NCBI RefSeq assembly: GCF_964355755.1
Contig: NC_092671.1
Span: forward strand, 13,020,001 to 13,084,000
Direction of reading: 5' to 3'
Length of the DNA: 64,000 bases
Origin: Antedon mediterranea
Lineage: Eukaryota; Animalia; Echinodermata
Position 1 is the first letter of the stretch, and every line of letters starts with the position of its first letter. A program made the position numbers and the translations under genes. The notes under the pieces were generated by a model. It was not told the origin of the DNA, searched no databases, and saw only the letters and a list, made by a program, of their open reading frames with translations. Shown here piece after piece: positions 40,662-54,611 of the stretch.

Positions 40662-40870
40662 GTAAGTAAAGACTGCTTTATTTCTTTAAGTGAATATTCT
40701 TATTATCTCTCTGGTCTTGTAGGAATACCAATTTATTCACTCCAAATGTGTCAATCTCATGGAATCATAAATATTCATCTATTTTTCCTCTGTTATAATT
40801 AATTGTTAATAAGACAGAAATAGAGTAGAGACATTTATATTTATTTGTTAATAACAGAATAGTGCTATAT

Positions 40871-41472
40871 TTAAAGGCCAGGTGCGGGCAAAAAATTTCT
40901 ATTGATCATACATTCCAATAATTATCGATCTATAGTTTCCCCTATGTTTCATAATTTTTGGGATTTTATTTGTGTTACACAAGCTTGTTGAAAATAAGCA
41001 CTTTCTTATCAGTGGGGGGATAGTTCAACTTACACAGTAAAATCTCTATTCTTTTATACACACATTTTGTAAATAGAGAGGCATTTTAAAAAGCTATGAA
41101 AAATAAACGGTGTGGTAAAAAATTTTATCAAATGACTAAATATAGGTAATATAACTTGAATTTTACATTTCTAGTATTTTTATTCAACTTCAGATTTTTA
41201 TTTTCATACTAAAGCAAAAATTATCTACCGTATATCCACCATCTTTTTTCACCTTCTAGGGAGTCACCAGACATGTTATTACATAGGTTAAACTACCTAA
41301 CTACTGAAAAAAAGTCTTCCTGGTTTTTATGGCAAATTTTTGCCAAATTTTGTATTTGACCATATTAAGGGAAATTCATGCTTTTTCGTCTTGATTTCCG
41401 TTACAAATATTTGATTTATGTACAATTAACCAGATATTATATTTAAAATTCATGCCTGTATCTGAGCTTTAA
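40871..41472. mobile_element. TTAA-flanked (Kolobok-like) MITE, diverged
   Basis: ttaaaggccaggtgcgggca ... tgcctgtatctgagctttaa. Confidence 0.6.
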
Positions 41473-41706
41473 CAGATTGTAGCCTAATATAATTTAATAA
41501 TAATAATATCCTGGATTTATATAGCGCCTAATGTATTTGGTGAACTAAACATTGTATCATTATTTTACTCTTTTTTATTTTCAACATTGACCTGTTGGGT
41601 TTTCATTGGGGGGCATTAAGAACTTCCAAAAGAACCCAGAAATAAGTTTCAAACGTCTTATTATGTATTAAGTGTTTGTATGATTTCCCTTTTTTTACCT
41701 ATTAAG

Positions 41707-41742
41707 TTGTACTCGCTTAATGGAAGTCCTATAAAGATCCAG
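41707..41742 (+). CDS. Candidate 36-nt OSBPL cassette microexon (LYSLNGSPIKIQ)
   Basis: Pyrimidine tract, then taag|TTG..CAG|gtaggt; symmetric phase 0 between phase-0 exons. Confidence 0.5.
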
Positions 41743-42184
41743 GTAGGTGGAATCATATAGTGGTGTTGGTTTTACAACTAACAACACACATTTAGTATGT
41801 CGGTTTATTGTATATCTTGGTGTTGAAATTCCTCTTGTTTTGCTGTGTGTTTTCATCTTAGCCTTTATACTTTTATAGTGAATTTCATTTCTGGATATGC
41901 CCTTGTAATCATAAATATCATAAATATAAATAAAGACGTATCTCCGCTTTTTATGACGATTACAGTTGCACTTTTTCAGGCATTTTGTTGCTTATTACAA
42001 ACCTCATTTTAATTAGACTACTGTATAATACAAAAGGAATGGTTTATTTTTGTTTTGATCTAAATGTTATTTTCTCTTTTTGTTATGTTGCAAATTATTC
42101 TGATTTTGTGCCAAGTTCCAGTAATTATTTTTTCATTGTTGTTGTTTTCCCCTGTTGTAATGTGTGTTTATAAACCAAGTTTAT

Positions 42185-42614
42185 TAGGGACTTTTAGATT
42201 TTCACGTTGACTGCTACCCTATCACGTCATTTTTCTGATATGCGCATGCACAAGTTGACTGGCACGGCGATTGCCAAATAAATAAAGAGTTTAATACTAC
42301 ATGTTATGGCCTTGGTCTCATCACCTAGGACGCCAGCTTGCGTACAGAAAATTAAGGATCTAGGCTAGCCCTAAGCTACACAATTAGCCTGACTTGCATA
42401 CTTCCACCGGCCCAGCGTTGTGGAATACCTCCACAAACAAGTGCTAATAGAGATTACAAGGTCAGATCCCAAGGTCTTTACGTTATACGTTCACTGGTAC
42501 GCCGACGTAAATGTCCACAAAACATTCATATATCTTTCGACAAGTAACAGTCGACTACGAACCATAGTGTGGATGTGGACTTTGTTGACGTTAGTACAAA
42601 TCTAATGGTCCCTA
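42185..42614. mobile_element. MITE with tagggac...gtcccta ends (Harbinger-like)
   Basis: tagggacttttagatttt / aaatctaatggtcccta; GC-rich interior. Confidence 0.65.
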
Positions 42615-43480
42615 TTGTCCCATTAGTTGATGATTCTAGTTTAATGATTTCCTCTCTGTAATTTTAAACTGTTTGCCTCACCATTATATATATATTTTTC
42701 CATAGTGTGCTGTGACCAAACTTGTCTATGTAGGCTTAGTTTTTCCTCTAACTTCTTTTATTCCAACCTCTTTCCTACTCACTGTACATGGCTGTATCTT
42801 TCCCTGTGTAAACATAGTGCATATTAGTACAATACTCTTTGCGAATATAAACTGTATGTGTACTGATTTCACAAGATGTAAACAAATTGTCATTTTATCA
42901 GCAATCATAAATATCTAAGCACTGGACACTACAATGATGACTGATTACAGGTCATGGGTTAAGTAAACATTGAAAGAATACATAATTAGTTTGGATGTTT
43001 TAGTATAACTCTATTATAGTTCACTTGAGTTTTATAAAATTCACATGTATGTAAAATTGAAGTGCACTGCACTGGTGATTTGGGGGTAGAATATTTGTCT
43101 TTTACCCTGATTAACACATTTACATAATGCAAGCTGAATCATATGCCATAGACAGTGAACGACAGAATGAGATAAAGAAAACAGTTGTGCCTAGATAATA
43201 TGCATGTCTACTAAAATATAATATATCTCCTTTTGTTGTTATGGTTTTAGTATATATACTCTATGAATACATTAAAATGTCAATCTATTGGGTTACCACG
43301 GATTAATAAATAGAAAGATAAACATAAAAATGGTACAAATTCTATATGCTAACCACATGCTATACAATAGTAAAAATGGTATAAAATGGCAAACTATTTT
43401 AGCATTTTAACATTTAAAAAAGGATTTAGAGTATAAGATATTTTTCAAATGTAAACATAGATTTAACTTTATATTTTCAG

Positions 43481-43582
43481 CCTGAGGAAAGCCTTACATT
43501 AAAGAAGAAAGCAAAGAAGTCCTTAAAAAAAAGCAAGCAGAGAAAGCCATCTGAAGAAATAGGATCAGATACAAAGAAAATG
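43481..43582 (+). CDS. OSBPL6: OSBPL exon (Lys-rich PEESLTLKKKAKK...)
   Basis: tttcag|CCT..ATG|gtaaac. Confidence 0.85.
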
Positions 43583-43705
43583 GTAAACATACAGTGTTTG
43601 TGATTATTATCTTCATCATCATTTGACTTTACTTGAATGTCATTGTATAATTATTATAAACAGTTCTGTTGAATTTTGACTATTAATATTGTGTAAATTT
43701 TTCAG

Positions 43706-43850
43706 AGGCCACTCAGCAACCCAACAATATTTGTTGGTAACCCATTATTTGATGATGATGCTTGCAGTGTTACGTCTGGATTTAGTACCCTCTCGTACCA
43801 AGAAACCGAAGGGCGCCGAAGAGAAGAGTTTTTTGATACTGCTGGCAAGG
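43706..43850 (+). CDS. OSBPL6: OSBPL exon (RPLSNPT...FFDTAGK)
   Basis: ttcag|AGG..G|gtagga. Confidence 0.85.
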
Positions 43851-44351
43851 GTAGGATAAGACATTGAAGATGTGTATATTGCGCTATTCAACTTCCATCC
43901 AATGCTGTGTTTTTTAACATTATTTGAATAGAAACTTGTTATTAGGTGTCCATTTCATTCTAAAAGGCTTTGATACAAATACACTAAAAAAAATGACGTT
44001 AACATCACCTATTGACACCACTTCGCTACATATTAAAAATGAAGTGCCCTACCATAATACAGAACAGACAGCTTTATACCGTTACTGCTGTTATTCCATT
44101 ATCTGAGTTACCCAGTCACAATGTTCAATGTTTGACCAAAGCCCTGAAAATGGAAGAAACAATGCCTGCATGCCGGTCTCTGTAGTTCGAAGTTGATGGT
44201 AGACGTGGTCGTCACAAAACCAATCTTCTCGGAATACCTTAAAAAACGGTGGCCTTAGGCTGACAAATTGTTTTTAAAAATGTTTTATTTTTTAATGTTT
44301 TTGTAAACAGTATATAAATTGACTTTTTTTATTTAAATTGTATCTTTTTAG

Positions 44352-44494
44352 TTCATCGTTCATTCAAAACACTTCTGCATACACTTACACAGCAACATGA
44401 GAAACTTAGTCAGATGATGAAGATGCAAGCCCCAAATGCATCTCTCTATGGTGGCAATTGTGAACTGGCATCATTACGTGAGGCATTGACCAAG
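44352..44494 (+). CDS. OSBPL6: OSBPL coiled-coil exon (VHRSFKTLL...LREALTK)
   Basis: tttag|TT..AAG|gtaagt. Confidence 0.88.
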
Positions 44495-45188
44495 GTAAGT
44501 CATTAAATGATTATAAATAGATCACATGCTCGAAATCTCTATGTTGTTGTTTTTAGCATTGGGCAAAAACTACATGCCAAAAAAAAATACTACGCAGTGA
44601 CGAACCCGTAAATGTAGTAAGATATATACTTTAAATGCCTCCCTTTATGGCATAAATGTAGAACCCACAGCACTATGTGAAGCAGTGGTCAAAGTAAATC
44701 TGTGAGATTCCCATAGTTTAAATGCCTCCCTCTATGGCAAAAATTATAACGTCACAGCCCTACGTGAAGATTCCCATTGTTTAAATTTCTCCCTCTTTGC
44801 TCAAAATTGTCTAGCATTCTATTACAGTAATTGGTTAGTAAAAATTTCACAAGCTTCAAAATTTCTGTTCATGCAACTATCATTATTAGATTACTGTATC
44901 AAGTTTAAAAGCAATTAATGATTAATTTGTTTATACTCGTTAATAATATTGTTATTTTAGTGGCCTTGATCAGCTGAGTACATGTTATCGTTTCTACATG
45001 TTGATATTTGCAAAATGATAGTTTTATTTTTTTATGATTTGTAAAGTGGTGTAGGGAAAGCTATTTATAAAATAAATTTACTGATACATTAAGAAGAATT
45101 TAGTGCTTTAAAAAAGTTTCCAAATAACTTTGTGTCAGATGGTGTTTTTGTTGTACTTAAACAATAATATTGTTATGTTGCATTGCAG

Positions 45189-45323
45189 GCTAATAGCTCA
45201 AATGCAGAACTTAGAGGGCGTCTTTCACGAATATTCAAGGAAGCTGATATTGGTGATCTTGGAGGTGAAATATCCATTCCAATACCATCAACTCCACTAA
45301 CTGTTCTGGATGAAACAATTCAG
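45189..45323 (+). CDS. OSBPL6: OSBPL exon (ANSSNAELRGRLSRIF...)
   Basis: tgcag|GCT..CAG|gtacac. Confidence 0.88.
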
Positions 45324-45967
45324 GTACACACATACATTAAAATATTATATAGTTAATCTACTCTAAAATGTAAGTAATTGTCTTGCCTAAGATCGCAAGT
45401 AAAGCGACAAGTGTTAGAATCGATCTCCTGATCTTGCGATCAGAAGAACGTCCAACATACTGTGCCACATACTCTCATTCCTTGTATTGCAGTCCAAAGA
45501 AATATGCTTTTGGAATGTGAATCAATCAACATAATTTATTATAGAAATAAAATAATAAGACAACTAGTCAAGTCTGTTCACACAACATTCATATTAAACA
45601 ATGTTTATGCTCTAAAAAGTAAAATGTAAATCTTGTAATCCTTTGTAAACACTAGTAAACCAGGATACAAAATCTCATTTTCTTGGTTTATTTCTTATAT
45701 TTATCAACATAGATCTATCAAAAGATTAGACCATAAATACAATATGTGGCATTTACAAAACTCCAGTTATAATTCATAAATACAGTATTTCTTGGCGTTT
45801 ACCAGTAAATATTTATGAATGGTCACCTTTGTTGTTGGTCAACCGTTACTGACCCATAGCTGCTGCCTATGGAATAATCATTAAAATTGGAAGATATAAA
45901 TTATTTTATTATCTCATTGTTCATGGTTGTTTCAGAAAACAAACTGACTCTTAATTTTCATTTATAG

Positions 45968-46105
45968 CATGACACTCTTGTTGCTCAAGCCTCGACAGAA
46001 AGCAAACTGTCAAGATCTGAATCTCTAGCTGAATTCTTTGATGCTCAAGAGTATTTGCGATCTGTGTCTTCTGATTCAGAAGAGGAAGAAGAAGAGTTTA
46101 CAGAA
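45968..46105 (+). CDS. OSBPL6: OSBPL FFAT-motif exon (SLAEFFDAQEY)
   Basis: tatag|CAT..GAA|gtatgt; canonical FFAT EFFDAxE. Confidence 0.92.
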
Positions 46106-46219
46106 GTATGTCACCTTTATTTTAGGAAATTAAATAGAGTTCATGAGAACCGTTTCAATAAAACAAATGGAAATATATGTATATAATAACATTCTTAAAT
46201 TTGTCTTAAGTACTTTCAC

Positions 46220-46260
46220 TTGCACTGATGAAAGGGTAGTACTGCTTGAAAGCTCTGCAA
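46220..46260 (+). ncRNA. Second, degenerate minimal hammerhead ribozyme motif
   Basis: ttgca-CTGATGA-aagggtagtactgctt-GAAA-gCTC-tgcaa. Perfect 5-bp stem I, bulged stem II, palindromic AGCT stem III, followed by a T-rich tail. Confidence 0.5.
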
Positions 46261-46561
46261 TTTTTTCTTGCTGTTTTACTTTATCGTTTTTATTTAGCCT
46301 TATAAAATATTCTCACAAATACATTATTAAAATTTATGCATAACACAAATGTAATAGTAATAATAAACAAATAAAAAACCAAGACTTAGATCAAGATTCA
46401 TATGCTAGGATTAAGGCAAAGCTAACATTCAGTAATAAAATAAATGCAGATGGATTTCCACTATTTCATAAGATAGAATTTAAATCCTAGTGTTCTTTCA
46501 GTGACTAGGCTATGTATGGCATTACAACCAGTATTATTTTAATGCTTTATTGTTCTTATAG

Positions 46562-46640
46562 GCTGAAGATGACCAGGAGAGCTCTTCCCAAGCAAGTGAG
46601 GCTGATGAATCTGAGATTCCCTCAGAAGAATTCAGAAGTA
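46562..46640 (+). CDS. OSBPL6: OSBPL acidic linker exon
   Basis: atag|GCT..A|gtgagt, phase 0-1. Confidence 0.85.
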
Positions 46641-49600
46641 GTGAGTTCATTTTTCTTTATATTTTATTTTTTATTTTATTTCCCCATCAAAATAATAATA
46701 TTATTATATTAATTGTTTACAGTCGTGTAATCATAGCTTTGTTGCAAATAATGCTATACTGACCTTTCACTTAATTCCCTTTTAATAGTAAATATCTTGT
46801 TCCCAAACTTTATCTTTGATTCCCCTCTATAGTATAGTAGGAACTATATTCTATAGATTAATTTTTGTGTCTATAATTTACTGTATAATTTATTATAAAA
46901 GATGTGTGTTTAAAGTTCAAACTGACCTTGATTGAATAATTTCTATTGATTAAGCTTTTATTATTCACAGTTTTATTCACATTTCATTACATACTATTAC
47001 TCTTTATATAGACATAAATGACTCATGGCAGTTGAAATACACACATTTCTATATTTTATTTATTTTGTAGAAAAATATACAAATAGTGTATACATTTTTC
47101 AGAAAAATCTAATTATGATTTCACAACTTACTTGCATATCTCAATGTTACATCTATATAGTTTATGTTTTTAATGTAGACAAAATATTAATAACCTGTAG
47201 AAATAGAAATAGAAATCAGAAATAAATAATTAAAATACCATACTCTACTTAATACACAAAACAATATATGATAATACATTGTTATTTATGCACCCTCAGC
47301 CACAGTAAAGTTTTCTTCAATCCATTTGTGTTGTTAGTATTTTATTATAATTGCACTGGATAATTGCATTCTACCTGAAACGGAAGCTCACAAAATCAAT
47401 AAGCTAGGGGGTCAAGCTTCAATAATTATGCTTTTCAAATGGATGCTTGTAGCAGAGCATTTCAGCTGAGCCGGTATTTATTAGTCTACTACGCTTTCTC
47501 GTAGTGTTTGGATAAACCGTTGTTTCTCAATTACATACTTATGTGGTTTAACTAAATGAAATGTGTTATCTACAAATGTTGCTAATGAACTCACATGTAC
47601 CATGCACGCAAGCATGTGAACAAGGTTTGTGCTTGTGATTTTATGTTGAGTGAACTAGGTTTTGTTTGTGTTATGTGATCTAGGTTTTTTTGCTCGCAAC
47701 TTAGTATTATGTGAATGGTGATTTATTGGTAACTTTAGACACTGTTGATACTAGGATGTGCCAAACTTATTACATGCTTTTATTAGGGCAGTGTGTGTCT
47801 CGGACACATAATTTGCTCAGTTTCTACTAAAAATAGTGGTAAGTAATTATCTAAATTTAATTTGAAGATGTAATCCTGTGTCCAGTATATAACCAAAGTA
47901 TACCAAAATAATAGTATGTACTCTTTCATAATACCATGAATACCTTTGTAATGCTAAATTGAGACATTAATAAAACATACATATCAAAATATTGTTATGT
48001 TTGATTGACTTAATTCATCTGTTCATCAACTGCTGTATATTTAATTCCTTCAATTTCTGACATTTGCACAGTGAAATTATCTTTAAAAAACTACTGAGTA
48101 CTGTAGGAGGTTGGTTACCTTGTATAATTTATTTAATGCTAAAATAAAATATAAAAATGTTTATTAGCTCAATTCAATTCTCCAAAAAATCTACTGACTA
48201 ATAATTTTATTTAATAATATGAATGATATAAAATTCTTTTTCTTTCCGCTGTTAAATGACAATAATCATTGATTTTTACTAAACATATGTCACACTGTAT
48301 TACTGCAACTTCAGCAACATTATTCAATCATAGATTCTTCTAGAGCTTCCAAATAAAATAAATATTAATTATTATTAAGGCAATAATTATAAATGCAAAC
48401 ATTAAATATATTGTTTTATATCAAATAAATACATTCTTACTAATAGTATTTAATTTTATTTGTTAAAATAATATCATTTAAATGGTAACCATTTTCAAGT
48501 GATTTTATCTCTTTAACTAGAAATTATTATCGAATACAGTAAAGCAATGATCTTACTGAAATGTAGCAAAAGACATGATGACAAGCAATACTTAATTAAA
48601 TCACTGCTCTCTATTGATTACATTGGTCTTCTTCCTGAGATTGCTTTAGACCAGCTGTTATAAGCTTTGGTTATTGTGGTATTTAAATTTTTATTTCAAT
48701 CTTTATTTCAATTTTTAATTTCATCAAAAATTAGCCCTTTAAATATAAGTTATTGTAGTCAAGTGGTTCAATTCTCAATAAGGAAAACTCCAATGTTCAC
48801 TCAGCTGTAAATGAATAACTGTTTACTTATACTTGGAGGGCAAGGCGGCGCAAATGAACTAGACACTCTATTACATAATTCCAAGACTTAGTACAATGAG
48901 CTCCTAGCAGACCATTCCCTACATTAAGAATAAATATATATACAGGTACTCACCTTCTTTCATCTACAAAAACACCAAATGGCCTTAATGATTTAATGAT
49001 TGCACAGAACTTTTGTATTCTTCTTCGTGGCACTTGTCTAAAACATTTCCAATACAATAATAAAATGTTTCATAATATAATTTTAATTTATATTGAAGGA
49101 ATTACACATTGTTTTTTATACATTTCTGGTAATGATTAAATAATACAACCTCACAATTTTCCATTTATCCTTTTATAAAATAATAGTAGTAACATTTCTC
49201 TGAATACATTTTAACACTATGAATAAATCTGTCAAGGAATGTCTAATGTTTTACTCTGTCAACTCATAATTTGAAGCATACCATTGCCCTACATACCGTA
49301 TATCATCAACAGTGATTATCATATTTGAAATTTCTCAGATATGAATATAATTAATTTTTTTTAAGATGATACTGAAATTGCTGCCAAATTTTAATATGCC
49401 TAGATTACATTTAAACTTCCATGAGAGAACTTTAATTCAATAGTAATTACATAATGAAGGTTGATTACCATATAATCAAATACTTAGTTTTCAATTAAAA
49501 ACGTATTTATTGACACTTTCCACTTTCCACATAACCAAAGCAATTTAGCATGCCTTGATTACATTTAAATCTTCAAAATAGAAATACTATATGATAATAT

Positions 49601-50706
49601 TTTATTATTGCAACCACATAAAATAGTATGCAAGTTCAGCTATGAAATATGATACATTTATTTAGTAATAAGAACAGCAAAAATATTAGATTATATCAGG
49701 AAAAGAACAGCATGTAAAATCTCTATTATATAATCTGATAGCTGATGGATATACATGTTTTTCTAAATGTAATCTTTATTATGGAGTAATCTTTATTATG
49801 GAGTAATCTACCAGATTACCAAGTAACAATGGCTGGTAAAGTACAATATATATCTGATTAGTTTTTATTTGCATTGATACATTATTAAATATTAGTACGC
49901 CATACATTTAAAAATATTAAAATTATTTCAGAACATTTAAAAGGCCACGGAGATTTTTAATGACATTACTATCACACCTTATATCTTTACAGTGTGTAAA
50001 GTTATTCATAGGAATATTGGATTATACAATGCGTATAATGGATTTTCTTAATAGAATCTTGTTAACGGAAATAGAACGATACCAGAGAACGTTACATATC
50101 CCCACATTGTAATGGAAGCAGGAGTATATACAATTGAGTTCTGATTGGGTTTTAATTTGCAACCATGTTCATGTCAGTCTTTAATTAAATTGTCAAGTAA
50201 ATAATTGCTTGGTTTACTTCAGATATTCCCATAACCCCCAACAGATTACTATCTTCGTTTATAATTAATATTCAAGCTCCCAAGGTTTATTTTTTAATAT
50301 GTCCTATCTATCATATTGGTTTTGATTAAAATTTGCAATATATTGTTTTCATTCCCATTTTCAAACCGGTTTATTATTTTTTATTGCGAATAATTTTTTT
50401 TTCTGAAATTGAATGTAATGAATGAAAAATTCATAATTTTTAAATTAAACGTAGGCTTGCATCAACATAGAAAATCCATTACATGCAATCACTGCACACA
50501 GTTGCCAAAATATTTTCATAATATGTTATGTATTAGAGGATTTTTATTACAGAAAGAGTTGTATCTATTTAGATATATTTATTCTATTTTTAAAAGATGG
50601 TGAATTTGTGAAAAGAATTCTGTACTCTGTCAAGAGCTTTTGTGTAATAGTATGCACATTTGTGATATATTGAACACAGTGTTAGTACATACATAGTTAT
50701 ATAATG

Positions 50707-50941
50707 TAAAGCTCTATCTACACTATCAGACTACCAAATATGGTAGTGATATGACATCATCATGTCCATATATAGGCACACCACATTTTTTGTCACATCA
50801 AGTTTGATAGTGTAGACAGTGATGTGCCCAAATATGGTAGTGATATGCCTAAATATGGTAGTGATATGACATCATCATGTCCATATATAGGCACATCACA
50901 TTTTTTGTCACATCAAGTTTGATAGTGTAGACAGAGCTTTA
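50707..50941. mobile_element. MITE family A copy 2 with internal tandem duplication
   Basis: TIR aaagctctatctacactatca / tgatagtgtagacagagcttt; ~115-bp internal duplication. Confidence 0.85.
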
Positions 50942-51406
50942 TTCTAGGTGCTTCAAATTTCTTACTGCTCTTTATATTAAAATTGATGTTTTTATGGACT
51001 ACATTCTTGCAGCCAAATTAGAATACGTCATATGTAATTGGAATTATACATGAGCCATTTGCTATTGAAAGGTTATTACAATAACATGTTCATTGTGATC
51101 AATCTATCTTCATTATTTTTTCCATATATTAGTAATATTAAGTTATCCATTTATCCTATTAAAACAGTAGTTTTTTACACACTACTACTAAAACATACTT
51201 GGTTCCCATTAGAGACATAACACAAGTCGGATTGGAGGGAATTTCATGTTTAAATGTTTTATTGTTTGATATCAAAAATGTTCTTGTTATTACAACAGTC
51301 AGTAAAAAAAAGTCCTTTGTAAAAGAATAATTATTAGAGTACTAACTGAACTTTTTGAAATATGTACTAAAAATACTCCTTGTATATTTTGATGCTTGGT
51401 ACCGTC

Positions 51407-51592
51407 TTAAAGCTTGGTTCCCACTAGAACGTAACGCAAGAACGTAAACTCAACGCAAGCGTTTCAACCAATGACCAGCGAAGTTATAGACAGTTAACAA
51501 TCACAAGCGAATAAGCCATCACTTGTGATTGGTCAATTCACTTGCGTTGCGTTATGTCCTTGTGTTGCGTCGCTAGTGGGAACCACGCTTAA
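51407..51592. mobile_element. Harbinger-like MITE with ~45-bp TIRs
   Basis: aagcttggttcccactagaacgtaacgcaag / cttgtgttgcgtcgctagtgggaaccacgctt. Confidence 0.85.
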
Positions 51593-52785
51593 GCTCTGTC
51601 TAAACTATACAGAGCTTTATACAGAAATGCCTCAATGTGATACATAAAACATGGAGATACTATATTTATATGCATGAAAATCCATTTTAGTGAATTTGCT
51701 ACACTTTGAAAAAGCTATTTATTATAAAAACGGCTTATTTCACTTCAATCAATGCTGCCAGAAAAAAAAACCTTTACAAACACACAATTAGAACCCGTGT
51801 CTTGTAATATATTACTGCTGCTTGTTCATACAGTACAATCAATGAGAGGTATGCATGAGAAGACCAACAGTAATTAAATGAGAGTGCAATACAAATATTT
51901 GTTAATAGAAAGATCTTGTCAAGTGAATTGTGTTAATACTGTAAATGATAATGAGTGTTTAGATGTAGGTTATTTACATACTTTGTATAAGACATAATAT
52001 TATTAATTACATTTAGAATACACTGGACCTACAGTACAATTGTTGTTCTTATCCTAGAAGGCTCATTCTATCACCAGGATAAGTGAGCCTCGAACCCTTG
52101 CCCCACTACTTGTTTATTTACTGTATCTTATATAATAATTACCGGTATACAGTATAGATTTCTACAGAATTTCTGGCTGTTTTACTACAATGTTTTGATT
52201 TAGCTGTTTCCTGCTGTATTTTGTTTGTATCTGCATTGAAATCCAGCCACTTAAACCCACAGCATCATTTTCAGTAATTTTGGATTTATAATATTTTTAC
52301 AATGATGATGAAGGATAAGAATGACAATTAAGTTGATTTCTTGTTGGATAGTATGGTGACGGAGATAAAGGGATAATGATGAGTCTGTATGACGATGGTT
52401 GTCTTACATGATCTATTTCTTTGTTTACGTATCCTGTACCCACACACAAATCAATTTCACTTGTGTGTTATTATTTTCAAAAGCAATCTATTTTTAGGAA
52501 ATATGACATTTTGAATCGCATTGATTTGTTAATATTTTATGTGACGAGTGGGTGGTATTCTGACCTATGCAATGTGTCGTTATAGATCAACAGTTTATAC
52601 TAAGTGCATTAAGAATGGAAATGTGTGGTTGTGGGGGTGTCTGTTTAGACATGATTATATAAACATAATACTCATTATTTCAACCCTTATTGACTATTAC
52701 AAAATTTGATATGATCAATATATAATTGTGTTTAGTAATATCTTCATCACGTTACCTTGTCATGTACATTACTTTTCATTAAAAA

Positions 52786-53008
52786 CATCATTATACCATT
52801 GTTGCCGTCATGATCATGATCATCACCATCATCATTATACCATTGTTGCCGTCATGATCATGATCATCACCATCATCATTATACCATTGTTGCCGTCATG
52901 ATCATGATCATCACCATCATCATTATACCATTGTTGCCGTCATGATCATGATCATCACCATCATCATTATACCATTGTTGCCGTCATGATCATCACCATC
53001 ATCATTAT
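52786..53008. repeat. 44-bp tandem repeat, about 5 copies
   Basis: Unit catcattataccattgttgccgtcatgatcatgatcatcaccat. Confidence 0.92.
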
Positions 53009-53625
53009 AATTGTTGTTGTTCTCATCATCATTGTAGTCACCCATAGTTTCTTTATAATCATATCATTTATTTTGCCATAAACAAATACAAACATAAAAA
53101 AAACAGAACAAATATAAATCAATGTATTAGAAATTTTATTTTAAAAAGTAAGAGTTGAGAATCTATCCACAAAGAAATACCTTAAATTAAATATAGGGTA
53201 TATAAAAATATTTTCAAACATTACATTGTTGTCATCATTTAATATTTAACAAGCCTTTAGCAGATATCAGTTGCTCCACAATTGGGTGAACTTTGTATTA
53301 AGTTTTAATTGAAAAGATTGAAATTCAGAATTTTCATTGATTTTCACTATTTTTACTGCATGTAGTTGCTGTATGGTCTCGATATAAAAGGAAAATAACT
53401 TTACTAGCCCACAGATCCTTTTCTTTACATTTGTTTTATTTATCATTCCAATATAACTAATTTGAAATGAACTGGATTGATGCAACCACTTTACCATAAT
53501 TATATTTGTAGTTCATCTTAATTATACAGGTGTTACTGAAATAAAGAGAATGCTTATTTATCGATGTATACGTCGTATTAAAATAAATATGGCATTAGTT
53601 TGAATCAATTCCATGGGATAATCAA

Positions 53626-54159
53626 GGGGCGGATTGCTATAAGCGGTCTATAACCGGTCTTAGCGCTTAGCCGGCTATAATTCGTGACGTAGCAAGTAGT
53701 CTTATATTATAGACCATTGCTATACCGCGGTCTAACCTGTAAACGGTCTTTAAAATTAAAGCCTACTCGAAGGAGTCTTAAAACAGTTTTAAACCTCTCT
53801 TTTTTTTGCTTTTACGTATTATTTATCGTCAAAGATAACCAATTGAACGAGTTTTAAGTGTTAAATCAAATAATAACGGTGATTTTATTCTTATATAGGC
53901 CTAGAATAGATTTTCTCGCGTATAATGTACGTTGTACTGTTATGATTGTGAATTGAACAAGCGTGACGAACATTACCTTATTTGGTATTCTACGCGCAAA
54001 GTACGCCCTCAATTTGTTACTTTACGTGGTCTTATTTAAGACTGTTTTATAGCAATGGTCTAACAGGGGTGGCTTTAGTAAGACCGTCTATCTGATAAAG
54101 CCGGCTTTAATCGGGGAGTTAAGACCATCAGTTAAGACTGTTTTATAGCAATCCAACCC
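53626..54159. mobile_element. MITE with ggattgctata TIRs and internal inverted sub-repeats
   Basis: ggggcggattgctataagcggtct / agactgttttatagcaatccaaccc; inner agaccattgctata / tatagcaatggtct. Confidence 0.8.
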
Positions 54160-54354
54160 AGGTTTAATAATAATCAAGGTTTATTTATTTCAATTTTTCT
54201 TGCATTACAGTTAAAAAAACTGAATTACAACAATCGTGACAATTTATGAAAATAGCAAAAGTTGGTTAAACATAATAATAAAATTTAACATTAATATTAA
54301 CATCGCCAATTATATTCTATCAATATTTTAATTTATATTTTCTTTTCATTGCAG

Positions 54355-54542
54355 TGGAAGAACTATCAGAGGCAGCAATTCCAGGTGCCAGGTCACAGAC
54401 AGGACGTAGAACTCAGCTACCTTATCCCCAGCCTGATACATCTGATATCAGCATTTGGAACATTTTAAAGAAAAACATTGGAAAAGATTTATCAAAAATT
54501 GCCATGCCTGTTATATTTAATGAACCACTTAGCATGCTCCAG
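54355..54542 (+). CDS. OSBPL6: OSBPL exon, start of ORD (RRTQLP...IGKDLSKIAMPVIFNEPLSMLQ)
   Basis: tgcag|TG..CAG|gtaaaa. Confidence 0.95.
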
Positions 54543-54611
54543 GTAAAATGTCTGTTAATTTATCCATATAATATTGTTACTTATAGTTATACATACAAAT
54601 TACCACCCCAG

